From positions 166 to 64,165 of the forward strand of contig CABUBU010000005.1 of the NCBI GenBank assembly GCA_902489795.1: a DNA stretch of 64,000 bases, given 5' to 3'. Positions 18,366-26,810 of the stretch are shown here, one piece after another. This DNA is from an uncultured Azospirillum sp. (GTDB lineage Bacteria; Pseudomonadota; Alphaproteobacteria; RF32; CAG-239). The notes under the pieces were generated by a model, which saw only the letters and a list, made by a program, of their open reading frames with translations, was not told the DNA's origin and did not search any database. The stretch's first letter is position 1, and every line of letters starts with the position of its first letter. The translations under genes and the position numbers were made by a program.

Positions 18366-18923
18366 TTAAAAAAAGTAACCACCGCGTCTAACACGGGGTT
18401 CTTCATTAACGGGTGTAACCCTCAAGGTGCCGACGAACGCCTGAAGGGCGCGAGGAGGTCTGACAGGGCGAGTATTACTTGCCCCCGTAATCGGGTCAAA
18501 ATCCATCGTCAACTGACTTGCCTTCGCGTCTTCTTTTAATTGGTTCCGTATATACTCGGCTATCTTTTGAGTATTTTTCCCGGTAGTATCAACATAGTAC
18601 CCTTTACACCAAAATTCTCTGTTTCCATATCTGAGTTTCGCATTTCCCCATCGTTCATATATCGAAAGACTGCTCTTGCCTTTGAGATAGCCCATGATAC
18701 TGCTTACTGAATATTTTGCCGGTATCTCCGGCAACATATGAATATGGTCCGGACAAACTTCTGCTTCTATACTTCCTATTTTTTTTCACCGGCATAATTC
18801 TCTAAGTATAGCCCCTGTCTCCAGACGTCGACCGCCATAAAACGCCTTCCTGCGATATTTGGGAGCGAAGACAACATGATATTTACAACTCCATGTCGTA
18901 TGTGCCATTGTATGTATGGTCAT
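18366..18923 (-). pseudogene. tnpA: IS200/IS605 Y1 transposase TnpA interrupted by one in-frame TGA
   Basis: ATG at 18923 preceded by AAGGAG. N-terminal part HTTWSCKYHVVFAPKYRRK...ILRELCR, then TGA at 18786-18788, then in the same frame KKIGSIEAEVCPDHIHMLPEIPAKYSVSSIMGYLKGKSS...FWCKGYYVDTTG. The two tracked ORFs are in phase (offset 444 nt). From memory, family members have Trp at the stop position (LC-x-W-K). Confidence 0.85.
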
Positions 18924-18995
18924 ATAAAAACTCCTTTGCTTGTCATTAGACTGTTGCCAGACCGTCTTACCTAAAACAGCAAAGGAGTTTTTTAT
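18924..18995 (-). promoter_or_regulatory. Shine-Dalgarno-occluding stem-loop in the tnpA leader
   Basis: 18924-18940 (ATAAAAACTCCTTTGCT) pairs with 18978-18995 (AGCAAAGGAGTTTTTTAT). This is a ~17-bp stem with one bulge, and one arm contains the AAGGAG RBS. It matches the translational repression structure described for Salmonella IS200. Confidence 0.6.
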
Positions 18996-19059
18996 CTGTA
19001 AAGCCGTAAGCTTTTTGCAACCACGCGCCTGGCGCGTGGTTTTCTGGATACAAAAACAA

Positions 19060-19088
19060 AAAGCACGGTTCAAACCGTGCTTTTTTCT
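19060..19088. terminator. Bidirectional intrinsic terminator downstream of 19102..19476
   Basis: AAAAAGCACGGTT-CAA-ACCGTGCTTTTTT. Confidence 0.7.
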
Positions 19089-19101
19089 CAAGAATACGTT
19101 T

Positions 19102-19476
19102 TTATTCCATGATTGACGCCAAAAAATGCGTCGCCTCATTGGCGGGCAGTTCCGCAAGCAGACCGCGCAGCTTTTCCTCATTTCCCGTCAGCAGTCCGGG
19201 ATAGGCGGTCAGCAGACGAGCCAGAGCTACCGGTGAAAAATCGTCGATTTTTTCCGTATCAGCCATTGTCGCCGGAAACAGACTGTCAAACAGCGTTTTC
19301 AATATCTTTCGCTGGTTCAGGGCATTTCCTTCCAATTTTTTTCTCATTGTTGCCCAGCCGTTGAAAGATTCTCCTTCCAAATCGTACATTGCCACCGACC
19401 AAAAACCGGCAAGCAAAGGCTCGGCTTTAAACGTGCTCTCATACAACTGCTGAAATAAAGTTAAATTCATAAGCAA
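19102..19476 (-). CDS. Hypothetical protein
   Basis: 124-aa ORF followed by a terminator; helical, no motif recognised. Confidence 0.5.
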   Translation of the reverse strand: MLMNLTLFQQLYESTFKAEPLLAGFWSVAMYDLEGESFNGWATMRKKLEGNALNQRKILKTLFDSLFPATMADTEKIDDFSPVALARLLTAYPGLLTGNEEKLRGLLAELPANEATHFLASIME

Positions 19477-20138
19477 AATTAATAATTGTTAAATACGTTG
19501 CAACCATATGTAAAATTTTGTTTTTTGTCAAATATTTTCTGCCTTGCTTCATCTCCTCTCTTTTCGTTTCCTTTTTTCCTTCTTCCTGCCGTACCTGCCT
19601 TTCTTCCTCTCCCGCCCGTTTTCCTTTTTCCCTGTCTTTCGGAGATACCCAGCACTCTTTTTCCCCTGCCTCCTCTTTTCTCCTTTTTCCTTCGTTTCCA
19701 TACCCCGTTTCCGAATATTTTTCCTCTCCCTGCGCCTTTCCGTCCGAACACAACATTTCTGAATATAAGCCGAAAACATGCCGATTCTTCGTTTTGCCGT
19801 CCAAAGCGTCGTACACGGCAGATTATAAAAGTTTCTCCGAGACAACAGGAATGTATAAAAAACACTCGACCCGACCGACCAAAATTCCGAACCTCGAAAC
19901 ATCAGCAGAACAAATTTTGTCTTCGCCCCGGAAAATACGCGAAACGACAAAAAAACAAAGGCTTCCCGGTCAAGACAAAAGCATTACCCGTTCCAAACCG
20001 CAAATGCATCAAACGCTCTAAAAACCGACAGCCAAACTGAAAAGTCCGTATCTGCCTGCCTACACGGACATTTAAACCATCTCCCCTGAAGAAACGGAGA
20101 TTTCCCGGCAAACAGAGAGATCAAAACGTCTGCAAACT

Positions 20139-20210
20139 AACGGTTTAACCATAATCTAAGGCGTAAAGCGGTGTTGTCCAGACACTAAAGCATTCAGCTC
20201 AGAGCAAACC
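20139..20210. other. Conserved ~60-70-nt non-coding element, copy 2 (partner at 16138-16197)
   Basis: See copy 1. This copy lies just beyond the ppdK terminator hairpin. Confidence 0.45.
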
Positions 20211-20241
20211 CGGGGGCCGTCAGGCAACCGATAAGAATAAA

Positions 20242-20278
20242 GGAAATCCGCCGTACTTTTCCGTACGGCGGATTTTCC
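20242..20278 (-). terminator. Intrinsic terminator of ppdK
   Basis: GGAAATCCGCCGTAC-TTTTCC-GTACGGCGGATTTTCC: a 13-15-bp stem ~45 nt after the ppdK stop, followed by a T-rich tract on the minus strand. Confidence 0.7.
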
Positions 20279-20322
20279 CTTTTTGCGCTTTTTGCTCTAA
20301 ACGAGCCGGTTATTCGCGCTTT

Positions 20323-23019
20323 TTAGCAGGCTTTCTTGCAGCAGCAGGAATCCTTGCATTCTTCCTTCTTGTCGTTCTTGTGACGAACGGCAGCCTGAGC
20401 GGCGGCCAGACGTGCAACCGGAACGCGGTACGGCGAGCAGGAAACATAGTTCATGCCGCAGGTCTGGAAGAAGTCGATGGACGCCGGATCGCCGCCGTGC
20501 TCACCGCAGACGCCGAGCCAGATGCTCGGGTTGGCGCAGCGTGCCTTTTCACAGGCCAGCTTAACCAGGCAGCCGACACCTTCAACGTCGATCGAAGCAA
20601 ACGGATCGGCTACATAAACGCCGCGGGCGCGGTATTCATCCAGAATGGCACCGGTATCGTCACGGCTCATACCCAGAGTGGTCTGAGTCAGGTCGTTGGT
20701 ACCGAAACCGAAGAACTCGGCGGACTGAGCCAGTTCGTCGGCCTTCAGAGCCGCACGCGGCAGTTCAATCATCGAACCGACTTCGTATTTGATCTTCTTG
20801 CCTTTTTCTGCGAAGATCTTTTCGGCAGTGGTGTCGATGATGTTCTTAACGATATCCAGCTCTTTCTTGGAACCGGTCAACGGAACTTCGATTTCCGGCA
20901 ACACCTTGATGCCTTCGGCATCGCATTCCATTGCAGCTTCCAAAATAGCACGGGTCTGCATTTCGCAGATTTCCGGATAGGTAATCGGCAGACGACAGCC
21001 GCGGTGACCCAGCATCGGGTTGGCTTCGTGCAGGGAGTTGGCGCGCTGTTTAACCTTTTCCAAAGTCATGCCCAGCTTGTTGGCCAGTTCCTGCATTTCC
21101 GCATCGGTGTTCGGCAGGAACTCGTGCAGCGGCGGATCCAGCAGACGGATAACGACCGGCAGGCCTTCCATGATCTTGAACAGGTCTTTGAAGTCCTGCT
21201 TCTGATAAGGCAACAGACGATCCAGAGCAGCGCGGCGGCCTTCTTCGTTGTCAGCCAAAATCATGGCGCGCATGTCCGGAATACGTTCGGCGTCAAAGAA
21301 CATGTGTTCGGTACGGGCCAGACCGATACCCTGGGCACCGAAGTCGCGGGCGGTCTGAGCGTCTTTCGGCGTTTCGGCGTTGGCACGAACTTCCAGCGTG
21401 CGGATTTCGTCAACCCAGCTCATCAGTTTGCCGAAGTTGCCGCTGTTGGTGTCGGCCTTGACGGTCGGAACCTGGCCTTCGATAATCTGGCCTTTGGCGC
21501 CGTCCAGAGATACCCAGTCGCCTTCTTTGACAACCACGCCGCTGTCGGTGGTCATGGTCTTTTTGGCATAGTCGATGTGAATTTCATGAGAACCGGAAAC
21601 GCACGGAGTACCCATACCGCGGGCAACAACCGCCGCGTGAGAGGTCATGCCGCCGCGGGCAGTGATAACGCCCTGCGAAGCGTGCATGCCGCCGATGTCT
21701 TCCGGCGAGGTTTCGTTACGGATAAGGATAACTTTTTCACCCTTGGCAGCCCAGGATTCGGCATCTTCCGCATTAAATACGGCGCGGCCGACGGCAGCTC
21801 CCGGAGAAGCCGGCAGACCGGTGGCGATAACTTTCTTTTCGGCCTTCGGGTCAAGCATCGGGTGCAGCAGCTGGTCAAGCTGGTCGGCGCCGACGCGCAT
21901 AATGGCTTCTTCCTTGTTGATCAGGCCTTCTTCAACCATTTCTACGGCCATACGGACGGCAGCGGCGGCGGTACGTTTGCCGTTGCGGCACTGCAGCATC
22001 CACAGTTTGCCGTGTTCAATGGTGAATTCCATATCCTGCATGTCTTTGTAGTGTTTTTCGAGGTTGTTGCGAACGTCAACCAGTTCCTGATAAAGGTGCG
22101 GCCATTTCTCTTCCAGGGAAGTGCCGTCGCCTTTCGAGGCCATCGGCTGCGGCGTACGGATACCGGCCACAACGTCTTCACCCTGAGCATTTACCAGATA
22201 TTCGCCATAGTAAACGTTTTCACCGGTTGCCGGGTCGCGCGAGAAGCATACGCCGGTAGCGCAGTCGTCGCCGGCATTGCCGAAGACCATGGTCTGAACG
22301 TTAACGGCCGTACCCCAGTCGCCGGGGATGTTGTTGAGTTTGCGATAGGTGATCGCGCGAGCAGCCATCCAGGAACCGAATACGGCGCCGATGCCGGCCC
22401 ACAGCTGATCCCACGGATCCTGCGGAACGACTTTGCCCAGTTTCTGACCGATTTCCTTATATTCCTTAACCAGTTCTTTCAGGTCTTCGGCGGTCAGATC
22501 GGTGTCGGACTTGTAACCTTTAGCTTTCTTCATCGCTTCGAGAGCGCCTTCGTATTCGTCCAGATCGGCGCCGAGAACAACGTCGGAGAACATCTGCAGG
22601 AAACGACGGTAAGAGTCGTAGGCAAATCTTTCGGAACCGGAAGCTTTGGCCAGAGCCTTAACCGTTTCGTCGTTCAAACCGAGGTTCAAAACGGTATCCA
22701 TCATGCCCGGCATGGAAACGCGGGCGCCGGAACGAACCGAGAACAACAGCGGGTTTTCGGCATCGGCAAATTTTTTGCCCATGATTTTTTCAACGCCGGC
22801 AACGGCGGCCTTAACCTGGTCTTTCAGGTCGGCCGGATAGGTTTTGTTGTTGGCATAGTAGTAGGTGCAGACTTCGGTCGTAACTGTAAATCCGGGAGGA
22901 ACGGGCAAACCGACGACGTTCATTTCCGCCAGGTTGGCACCCTTACCGCCCAGGAGGTTTCGCATGGAGGCATCGCCTTCGGCTTGGCCGTTTCCAAATG
23001 TATATACCCATTTACTCAT
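20323..23019 (-). CDS. ppdK: Pyruvate, phosphate dikinase
   Basis: 898 aa. ATP-grasp N-terminus (LLGGKGANLAEM), phospho-histidine swivel domain (GGMTSHAAVVARGMG), and C-terminal PEP/pyruvate TIM-barrel domain. Unusual Cys-rich last ~20 aa. Confidence 0.97.
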   Translation of the reverse strand: MSKWVYTFGNGQAEGDASMRNLLGGKGANLAEMNVVGLPVPPGFTVTTEVCTYYYANNKTYPADLKDQVKAAVAGVEKIMGKKFADAENPLLFSVRSGARVSMPGMMDTVLNLGLNDETVKALAKASGSERFAYDSYRRFLQMFSDVVLGADLDEYEGALEAMKKAKGYKSDTDLTAEDLKELVKEYKEIGQKLGKVVPQDPWDQLWAGIGAVFGSWMAARAITYRKLNNIPGDWGTAVNVQTMVFGNAGDDCATGVCFSRDPATGENVYYGEYLVNAQGEDVVAGIRTPQPMASKGDGTSLEEKWPHLYQELVDVRNNLEKHYKDMQDMEFTIEHGKLWMLQCRNGKRTAAAAVRMAVEMVEEGLINKEEAIMRVGADQLDQLLHPMLDPKAEKKVIATGLPASPGAAVGRAVFNAEDAESWAAKGEKVILIRNETSPEDIGGMHASQGVITARGGMTSHAAVVARGMGTPCVSGSHEIHIDYAKKTMTTDSGVVVKEGDWVSLDGAKGQIIEGQVPTVKADTNSGNFGKLMSWVDEIRTLEVRANAETPKDAQTARDFGAQGIGLARTEHMFFDAERIPDMRAMILADNEEGRRAALDRLLPYQKQDFKDLFKIMEGLPVVIRLLDPPLHEFLPNTDAEMQELANKLGMTLEKVKQRANSLHEANPMLGHRGCRLPITYPEICEMQTRAILEAAMECDAEGIKVLPEIEVPLTGSKKELDIVKNIIDTTAEKIFAEKGKKIKYEVGSMIELPRAALKADELAQSAEFFGFGTNDLTQTTLGMSRDDTGAILDEYRARGVYVADPFASIDVEGVGCLVKLACEKARCANPSIWLGVCGEHGGDPASIDFFQTCGMNYVSCSPYRVPVARLAAAQAAVRHKNDKKEECKDSCCCKKAC

Positions 23020-23256
23020 GGTAATTCTTAGCTCCTATAGCTATTAAGGTTGACACAAAAATCACACTTCCCAAAAAAATTCATGCAAAATATGATTTTA
23101 AACAAATTCAGTTCAAGAAGTTATAACACTTCCGGCGATTCTTCAAGCAAAATCTTTGCGTTCGCTCCGTTTATCAACAGCCGGAGCAAGGCGGCGCGCG
23201 CTTGACAGCACCTTTGGCGTATGTTAGCCTTGGCAGAAATTTTCGGAGAACTTTTT

Positions 23257-24099
23257 ATGCTTAAAATCGTTTATCAGGGCGTGGCCGGCGCCTATTCGCA
23301 TATTGCCGCGCAGAATATTTATCCCGGGCAGAATTATCTGCCGTGTGAAACCTTTGAACAGGCGATGGACATGGTGCAGAAAAACCTCGCCGACGTCGCC
23401 GTCATTCCGGTTGAAAACTCCAACGCCGGACGGGTGGCAGACGTCCATTTTCTGCTGCCGCGCACCGGCCTGTTCATCAACGGTGAATACTTTTTGCGGG
23501 TGGAGCATCAGCTGCTTGGGTTAAAAGGCGCAAAACCGGAAGAAATCGTTTCCGCCTCTTCGCATCCGCAGGCGCTTGCCCAATGTTCGGAATTTCTGAA
23601 AAAACACAAAATCAGCGCAATTGCCCGCATCGACACCGCCAAATCCTGTCAGGACATCATCAATTTTCAGGACAAAAGCAAGGCGGCCATCGCCTCAAAG
23701 CTGGCGGCCGAAATCTACGGTCTGGAAATACTGAAATCCAACATCGAGAACGACGGCAACAACACCACCCGCTTTCTCGTCATGAGCCGCGAAAGCCAGA
23801 TTCCCGAAGACGACGGCGGCCGCTTCATCACCTCCTGCGTGTTCCGGGTCAAATCGATTCCCGCCGCGCTGTACAAAGCGCTCGGCGGCTTTGCCACCAA
23901 CGGCATCAACCTCACCAAACTGGAAAGCTATCAGGTTGACGGCAGGTTCGTTTCCGCCCGTTTTTACATGGAAATAGAATCCCACCCCGCCCGTTCCGCT
24001 TTTCAAAACGCTTTTGACGAACTGCGCTTTTTTGCCGACGAACTGCACATGCTCGGCACCTATGCCGCCAGTCCTTTCAGGGAGAAACAACATGACTGA
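23257..24099 (+). CDS. pheA: Prephenate dehydratase
   Basis: PDT domain beginning MLKIVYQGVAGAYSH, a TRF motif (NNTTRFLVM), and a C-terminal ACT domain (IESHP). The ATG at 23257 has GGAGA 8 nt upstream; the tracked ORF starts at 23221. Confidence 0.9.
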   Translation: MLKIVYQGVAGAYSHIAAQNIYPGQNYLPCETFEQAMDMVQKNLADVAVIPVENSNAGRVADVHFLLPRTGLFINGEYFLRVEHQLLGLKGAKPEEIVSASSHPQALAQCSEFLKKHKISAIARIDTAKSCQDIINFQDKSKAAIASKLAAEIYGLEILKSNIENDGNNTTRFLVMSRESQIPEDDGGRFITSCVFRVKSIPAALYKALGGFATNGINLTKLESYQVDGRFVSARFYMEIESHPARSAFQNAFDELRFFADELHMLGTYAASPFREKQHD

Positions 24100-24697
24100 A
24101 CAATTTATCGTTTTTGACACCGAATACGCCTCCTGACAGGGCTTCCTCAACGCCCCCGAGGAGGAAAAGAAAAAAGCCGAAATCGTTCAGATTGCGGCGC
24201 TCAAAATCAATTTGAACGACCTAAGCGTGGCGGAAAAACTCAACCTCTACGTTAAGCCGAGGTTTGCGCCCAAACTGACCGACTATTTTATCAACCTGAC
24301 CGGGATTACCGACGAGCTGTTGGCGCAAGAAGGCCTTCTCTTCCCCGCAGCTTATGCCCGTTTCAAACAATTTGCCGGCGGACTGCCCTGCTACTCCCAC
24401 GCCTGGCAACCTGACAACGACGGCATCGCCGACGGCAAAGTCATCGGTTACAACCTGGACATGTTCGGCATTAAAGACGATTCTCCGCTCAATTATCGCA
24501 ACATCGCCGGCTGGTTCAAACAGGCTTATCGCAAAAACGGCATATTCGTCGAAAAACAGTCTTCCGGGCAAATTGCCAAACTGCTCGGTCTTGAAGACGA
24601 AATCCGCACGCTCGGACTGGACGAACATAACGCTTTCTACGATGTCCACTCGATTCTCGCCGGCCTGCGTCATCTTGGTTTGGCTGAAACAATTTAA
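24092..24697 (+). pseudogene. DnaQ-like 3'-5' exonuclease (KapD/ERI-1-like) with one in-frame TGA at codon 15
   Basis: The ATG at 24092 overlaps the pheA stop (ATGACTGA). It reads MTEQFIVFDTEYAS-TGA(24134-24136)-QGFLNAPEEEKKKAEIVQIAALKI and continues in phase (120 nt) into the tracked ORF 24212..24697, which has the later exonuclease motif (DEHNAFYDVHS). From memory, family members read DxE-x-T/S-A/S-W-E/Q-G, so Trp is expected at the stop. Confidence 0.75.
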
Positions 24698-24890
24698 ACT
24701 TTTCCGACATTAAAAAATTCCTTTGCACGGATTTTTATGCAATGCCCCTTTGCCACACAGGGACATATGTTTTTACATGCCGTACACAGACAAAAGATAC
24801 TTGCCAAACGTCACAAAAGATGAAAAGACACAACCATTATTTGCGGAAATAAATTTTACAAAATCAAACATCTTGCAACGGAGGTTGTTG

Positions 24891-25877
24891 ATGCCAAAAA
24901 AATATTTCTTCAATCTGTTTATTGTTCTCGGCACCGCCCTGCTGACCGGATGCTCGGCCCTTATCGGGGCTTACGGCGATAATCCTTACGGACCCGTCGT
25001 CAACTGCGATTCCGATCTGCCGACCGACGAATTGATCCTGTGCATCAAAGATCAATACGAACTGATGGATAAAATATATATGGATCCTCATCAAAAATTC
25101 GACCGCAAATGGGCAAAGATTTATTCCCAGGAAAAATACCGAAACAGCAAAGACTTTTATTTTCCCGATACTTACCAAAACGTTTCCTACAAAACCGTCC
25201 CTCGGTTCAACAGCATCAAAAACTGTTACAAAAAAGACGGATGTATTGTGTATGAAGACAATTATCGTCAAGAACAGCTTGGAAGATATGATAACTACAA
25301 ACGAACAATTGCCGTCAGACGCAGCCACTCCATAGACGGCTGGGAACCAAACCTATGTAATGACAAAGAATGCAAAGCTGATTATTCAAAAATAGAGATT
25401 TATTTTCTTATAATGGATGTCGTTCATCGTCGTTTTTCTCGCAGTTACAGCAGTCTCAACAAAGATATCATTCTTTTCGCAGACCCCAAACTAAACCTCT
25501 ATACGGCACATTTCGAAGCCGTACAGCTTTCCGAAGGAAAAAAATTAATAGGCATACGAATTATTAAATTCCATTCCTTTGATCCCGTTAAAGACGGATT
25601 TTCCCTCACCGGCAATGTTTATGAAAGAGAAATACCGGGAGTTAGAACAGAATACTTAAATAAAGCTTCTGCTTTTAAACATTTTTTCCCCGATTCCATC
25701 TTTACGGTCTGGGATATCAGGGACGATGACATTCAATCCATGGCCGACAATTTCGCCATCAGCTTAGACAAACGGAAAAATCCGTCCAAAATCTATATTA
25801 ACACCGGTTCCAAAGTCTACGAAATCAAAATTCCGAAACCGGAAGAGCCCCAAGCAACAAACCGGAAAGGAGACTAA
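24891..25877 (+). CDS. Hypothetical lipoprotein
   Basis: ATG at 24891 with GGAGG 7 nt upstream. MPKKYFFNLFIVLGTALLTGC signal peptide/lipobox. 328 aa, AT-rich, Cys/Tyr/Lys/Asp-rich mature part. No family recognised. Confidence 0.7.
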   Translation: MPKKYFFNLFIVLGTALLTGCSALIGAYGDNPYGPVVNCDSDLPTDELILCIKDQYELMDKIYMDPHQKFDRKWAKIYSQEKYRNSKDFYFPDTYQNVSYKTVPRFNSIKNCYKKDGCIVYEDNYRQEQLGRYDNYKRTIAVRRSHSIDGWEPNLCNDKECKADYSKIEIYFLIMDVVHRRFSRSYSSLNKDIILFADPKLNLYTAHFEAVQLSEGKKLIGIRIIKFHSFDPVKDGFSLTGNVYEREIPGVRTEYLNKASAFKHFFPDSIFTVWDIRDDDIQSMADNFAISLDKRKNPSKIYINTGSKVYEIKIPKPEEPQATNRKGD

Positions 25878-25951
25878 AACACAAAATATTCCCTGTACAA
25901 CACCTTATCATTCACAATTTGACATAAACTGTTTTTATAAAGGAGTTTTCC

Positions 25952-26779
25952 ATGAGCACATTTAAGTTACAGGTTCACAGTCGGGATTTGGCTGCGCCTG
26001 TTGTCGGCGGCATCGCCTCTCATACCGGGTACGATTTGGTTGAATATGACGACAACGGAAAGGCACTGTCCATCAAAAGCATTGATCTGGTTAATAAAGA
26101 CGGAATCATTTGGTTCGACACCACCCCAAAAAAATTTATTTCCGTTGAAATAGACGGGAAAAAACAAATATGGGCTTCAACAATCTATAAAGATGAAACT
26201 TATGACATAAAAGTCGATCAAGAATTTGCCGAAAACAACCATTTTTATACGGCAAACATGTCGGCAGCCCGCCCTCAGGACGTATTCAATCAAATTCTCT
26301 TTGACGCCACGTTCCGCAACGCGCTGACGGAAGGCGGCATCGACGGCGGCGGTATTGATTATCAATTATGCGGCCCCAACTGCAACACCTGGACCAAATA
26401 CATCGGCATCACATACCTGGGATTCGACGTTTTCAAATACCTGCCCAAAAACGACCAGCTGTTCAACTACACCGGCAAAAACCAAACCTTTGCCGACTGT
26501 GCGGACGAAAAAGACGCCCGCAATTGTGCAATACTTGAAAACATAAGCCAAAATTTTTTCAAGAAATACAGTAACAATTTTAATTTCGACAATCTCAAAA
26601 TAGAACCTTATAACGTCACTTCGGCAACTGACCAAACAACAATCACCGGCTTTTCCGCCGGCCTTTTCCCTTTCTCCGCCGGTCGCACCGTCGCCGGCCT
26701 TCTCCCGTTCCAGCGCTTATACCCTTGCCGCCGCCTTTCCGCCGGCCTTCTCCGATACGGCAAAAAAAGGCACGAATAA
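25952..26779 (+). CDS. Putative permuted papain-fold thiol enzyme (PPPDE/DeSI- or LRAT/NC-domain-like)
   Basis: 275-aa ORF with AAGGAG upstream. His in GGIASHTGYDLV and Cys in IDYQLCGPNCNTWTKY resemble the H...Y-x-L-x3-NCNHF catalytic dyad motifs of PPPDE/LRAT-type enzymes. This assignment is from motif memory only. The last ~45 codons run into GC-rich CCGCCGGCCTT(C/T)TCC repeats and may not be genuine. Confidence 0.55.
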   Translation: MSTFKLQVHSRDLAAPVVGGIASHTGYDLVEYDDNGKALSIKSIDLVNKDGIIWFDTTPKKFISVEIDGKKQIWASTIYKDETYDIKVDQEFAENNHFYTANMSAARPQDVFNQILFDATFRNALTEGGIDGGGIDYQLCGPNCNTWTKYIGITYLGFDVFKYLPKNDQLFNYTGKNQTFADCADEKDARNCAILENISQNFFKKYSNNFNFDNLKIEPYNVTSATDQTTITGFSAGLFPFSAGRTVAGLLPFQRLYPCRRLSAGLLRYGKKRHE

Positions 26780-26810
26780 TGTCCGTGTCTTCTGCATAAA
26801 AAACTTCCGG

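Larger units (their letters stand above)
18366..19045 (-). mobile_element. IS200/IS605-family insertion sequence (tnpA only)
   Basis: ~680 bp holding a Y1-transposase gene. The left end has a perfect hairpin AACCACGCGC-CTG-GCGCGTGGTT (19019-19041). The right end has the CCTTGAGGGTTACACCC block plus a hairpin. Boundaries are approximate. Confidence 0.8.

Noticed and set aside
18786-18788. Genome-wide TGA-to-Trp reassignment (genetic code 4-like) to explain the two in-frame TGAs
   Set aside because: Many well-defined genes in this window end in TGA at the expected length, several in ATGA start/stop overlaps (uvrC/pgsA, NTase/cca, membrane protein/mod). Long genes such as ppdK, ftsH and the RND pump contain no internal TGA. 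Ordinary nonsense mutations are the better explanation, and local read-through is left as a minor alternative.
19062-19081. tRNA T-arm-like GGTTCAAACC
   Set aside because: It is the loop region of a simple terminator hairpin flanked by A/T runs. No acceptor or anticodon arms can be built.
19486-20040. ORFs of 125-184 aa in three plus frames and two minus frames
   Set aside because: They are polypyrimidine-tract artefacts. All frames are open simultaneously and the predicted proteins are Pro/Ser/Phe- or Lys/Arg/Gly-rich.
20380-23031. 883-aa plus-strand ORF
   Set aside because: It is antisense to the full-length ppdK gene and has no recognisable motif, so it is a shadow ORF.
23203-23226. TTGACA ... 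TATGTT as the pheA promoter
   Set aside because: The spacer is only 12 nt, too short for a sigma-70-type promoter.
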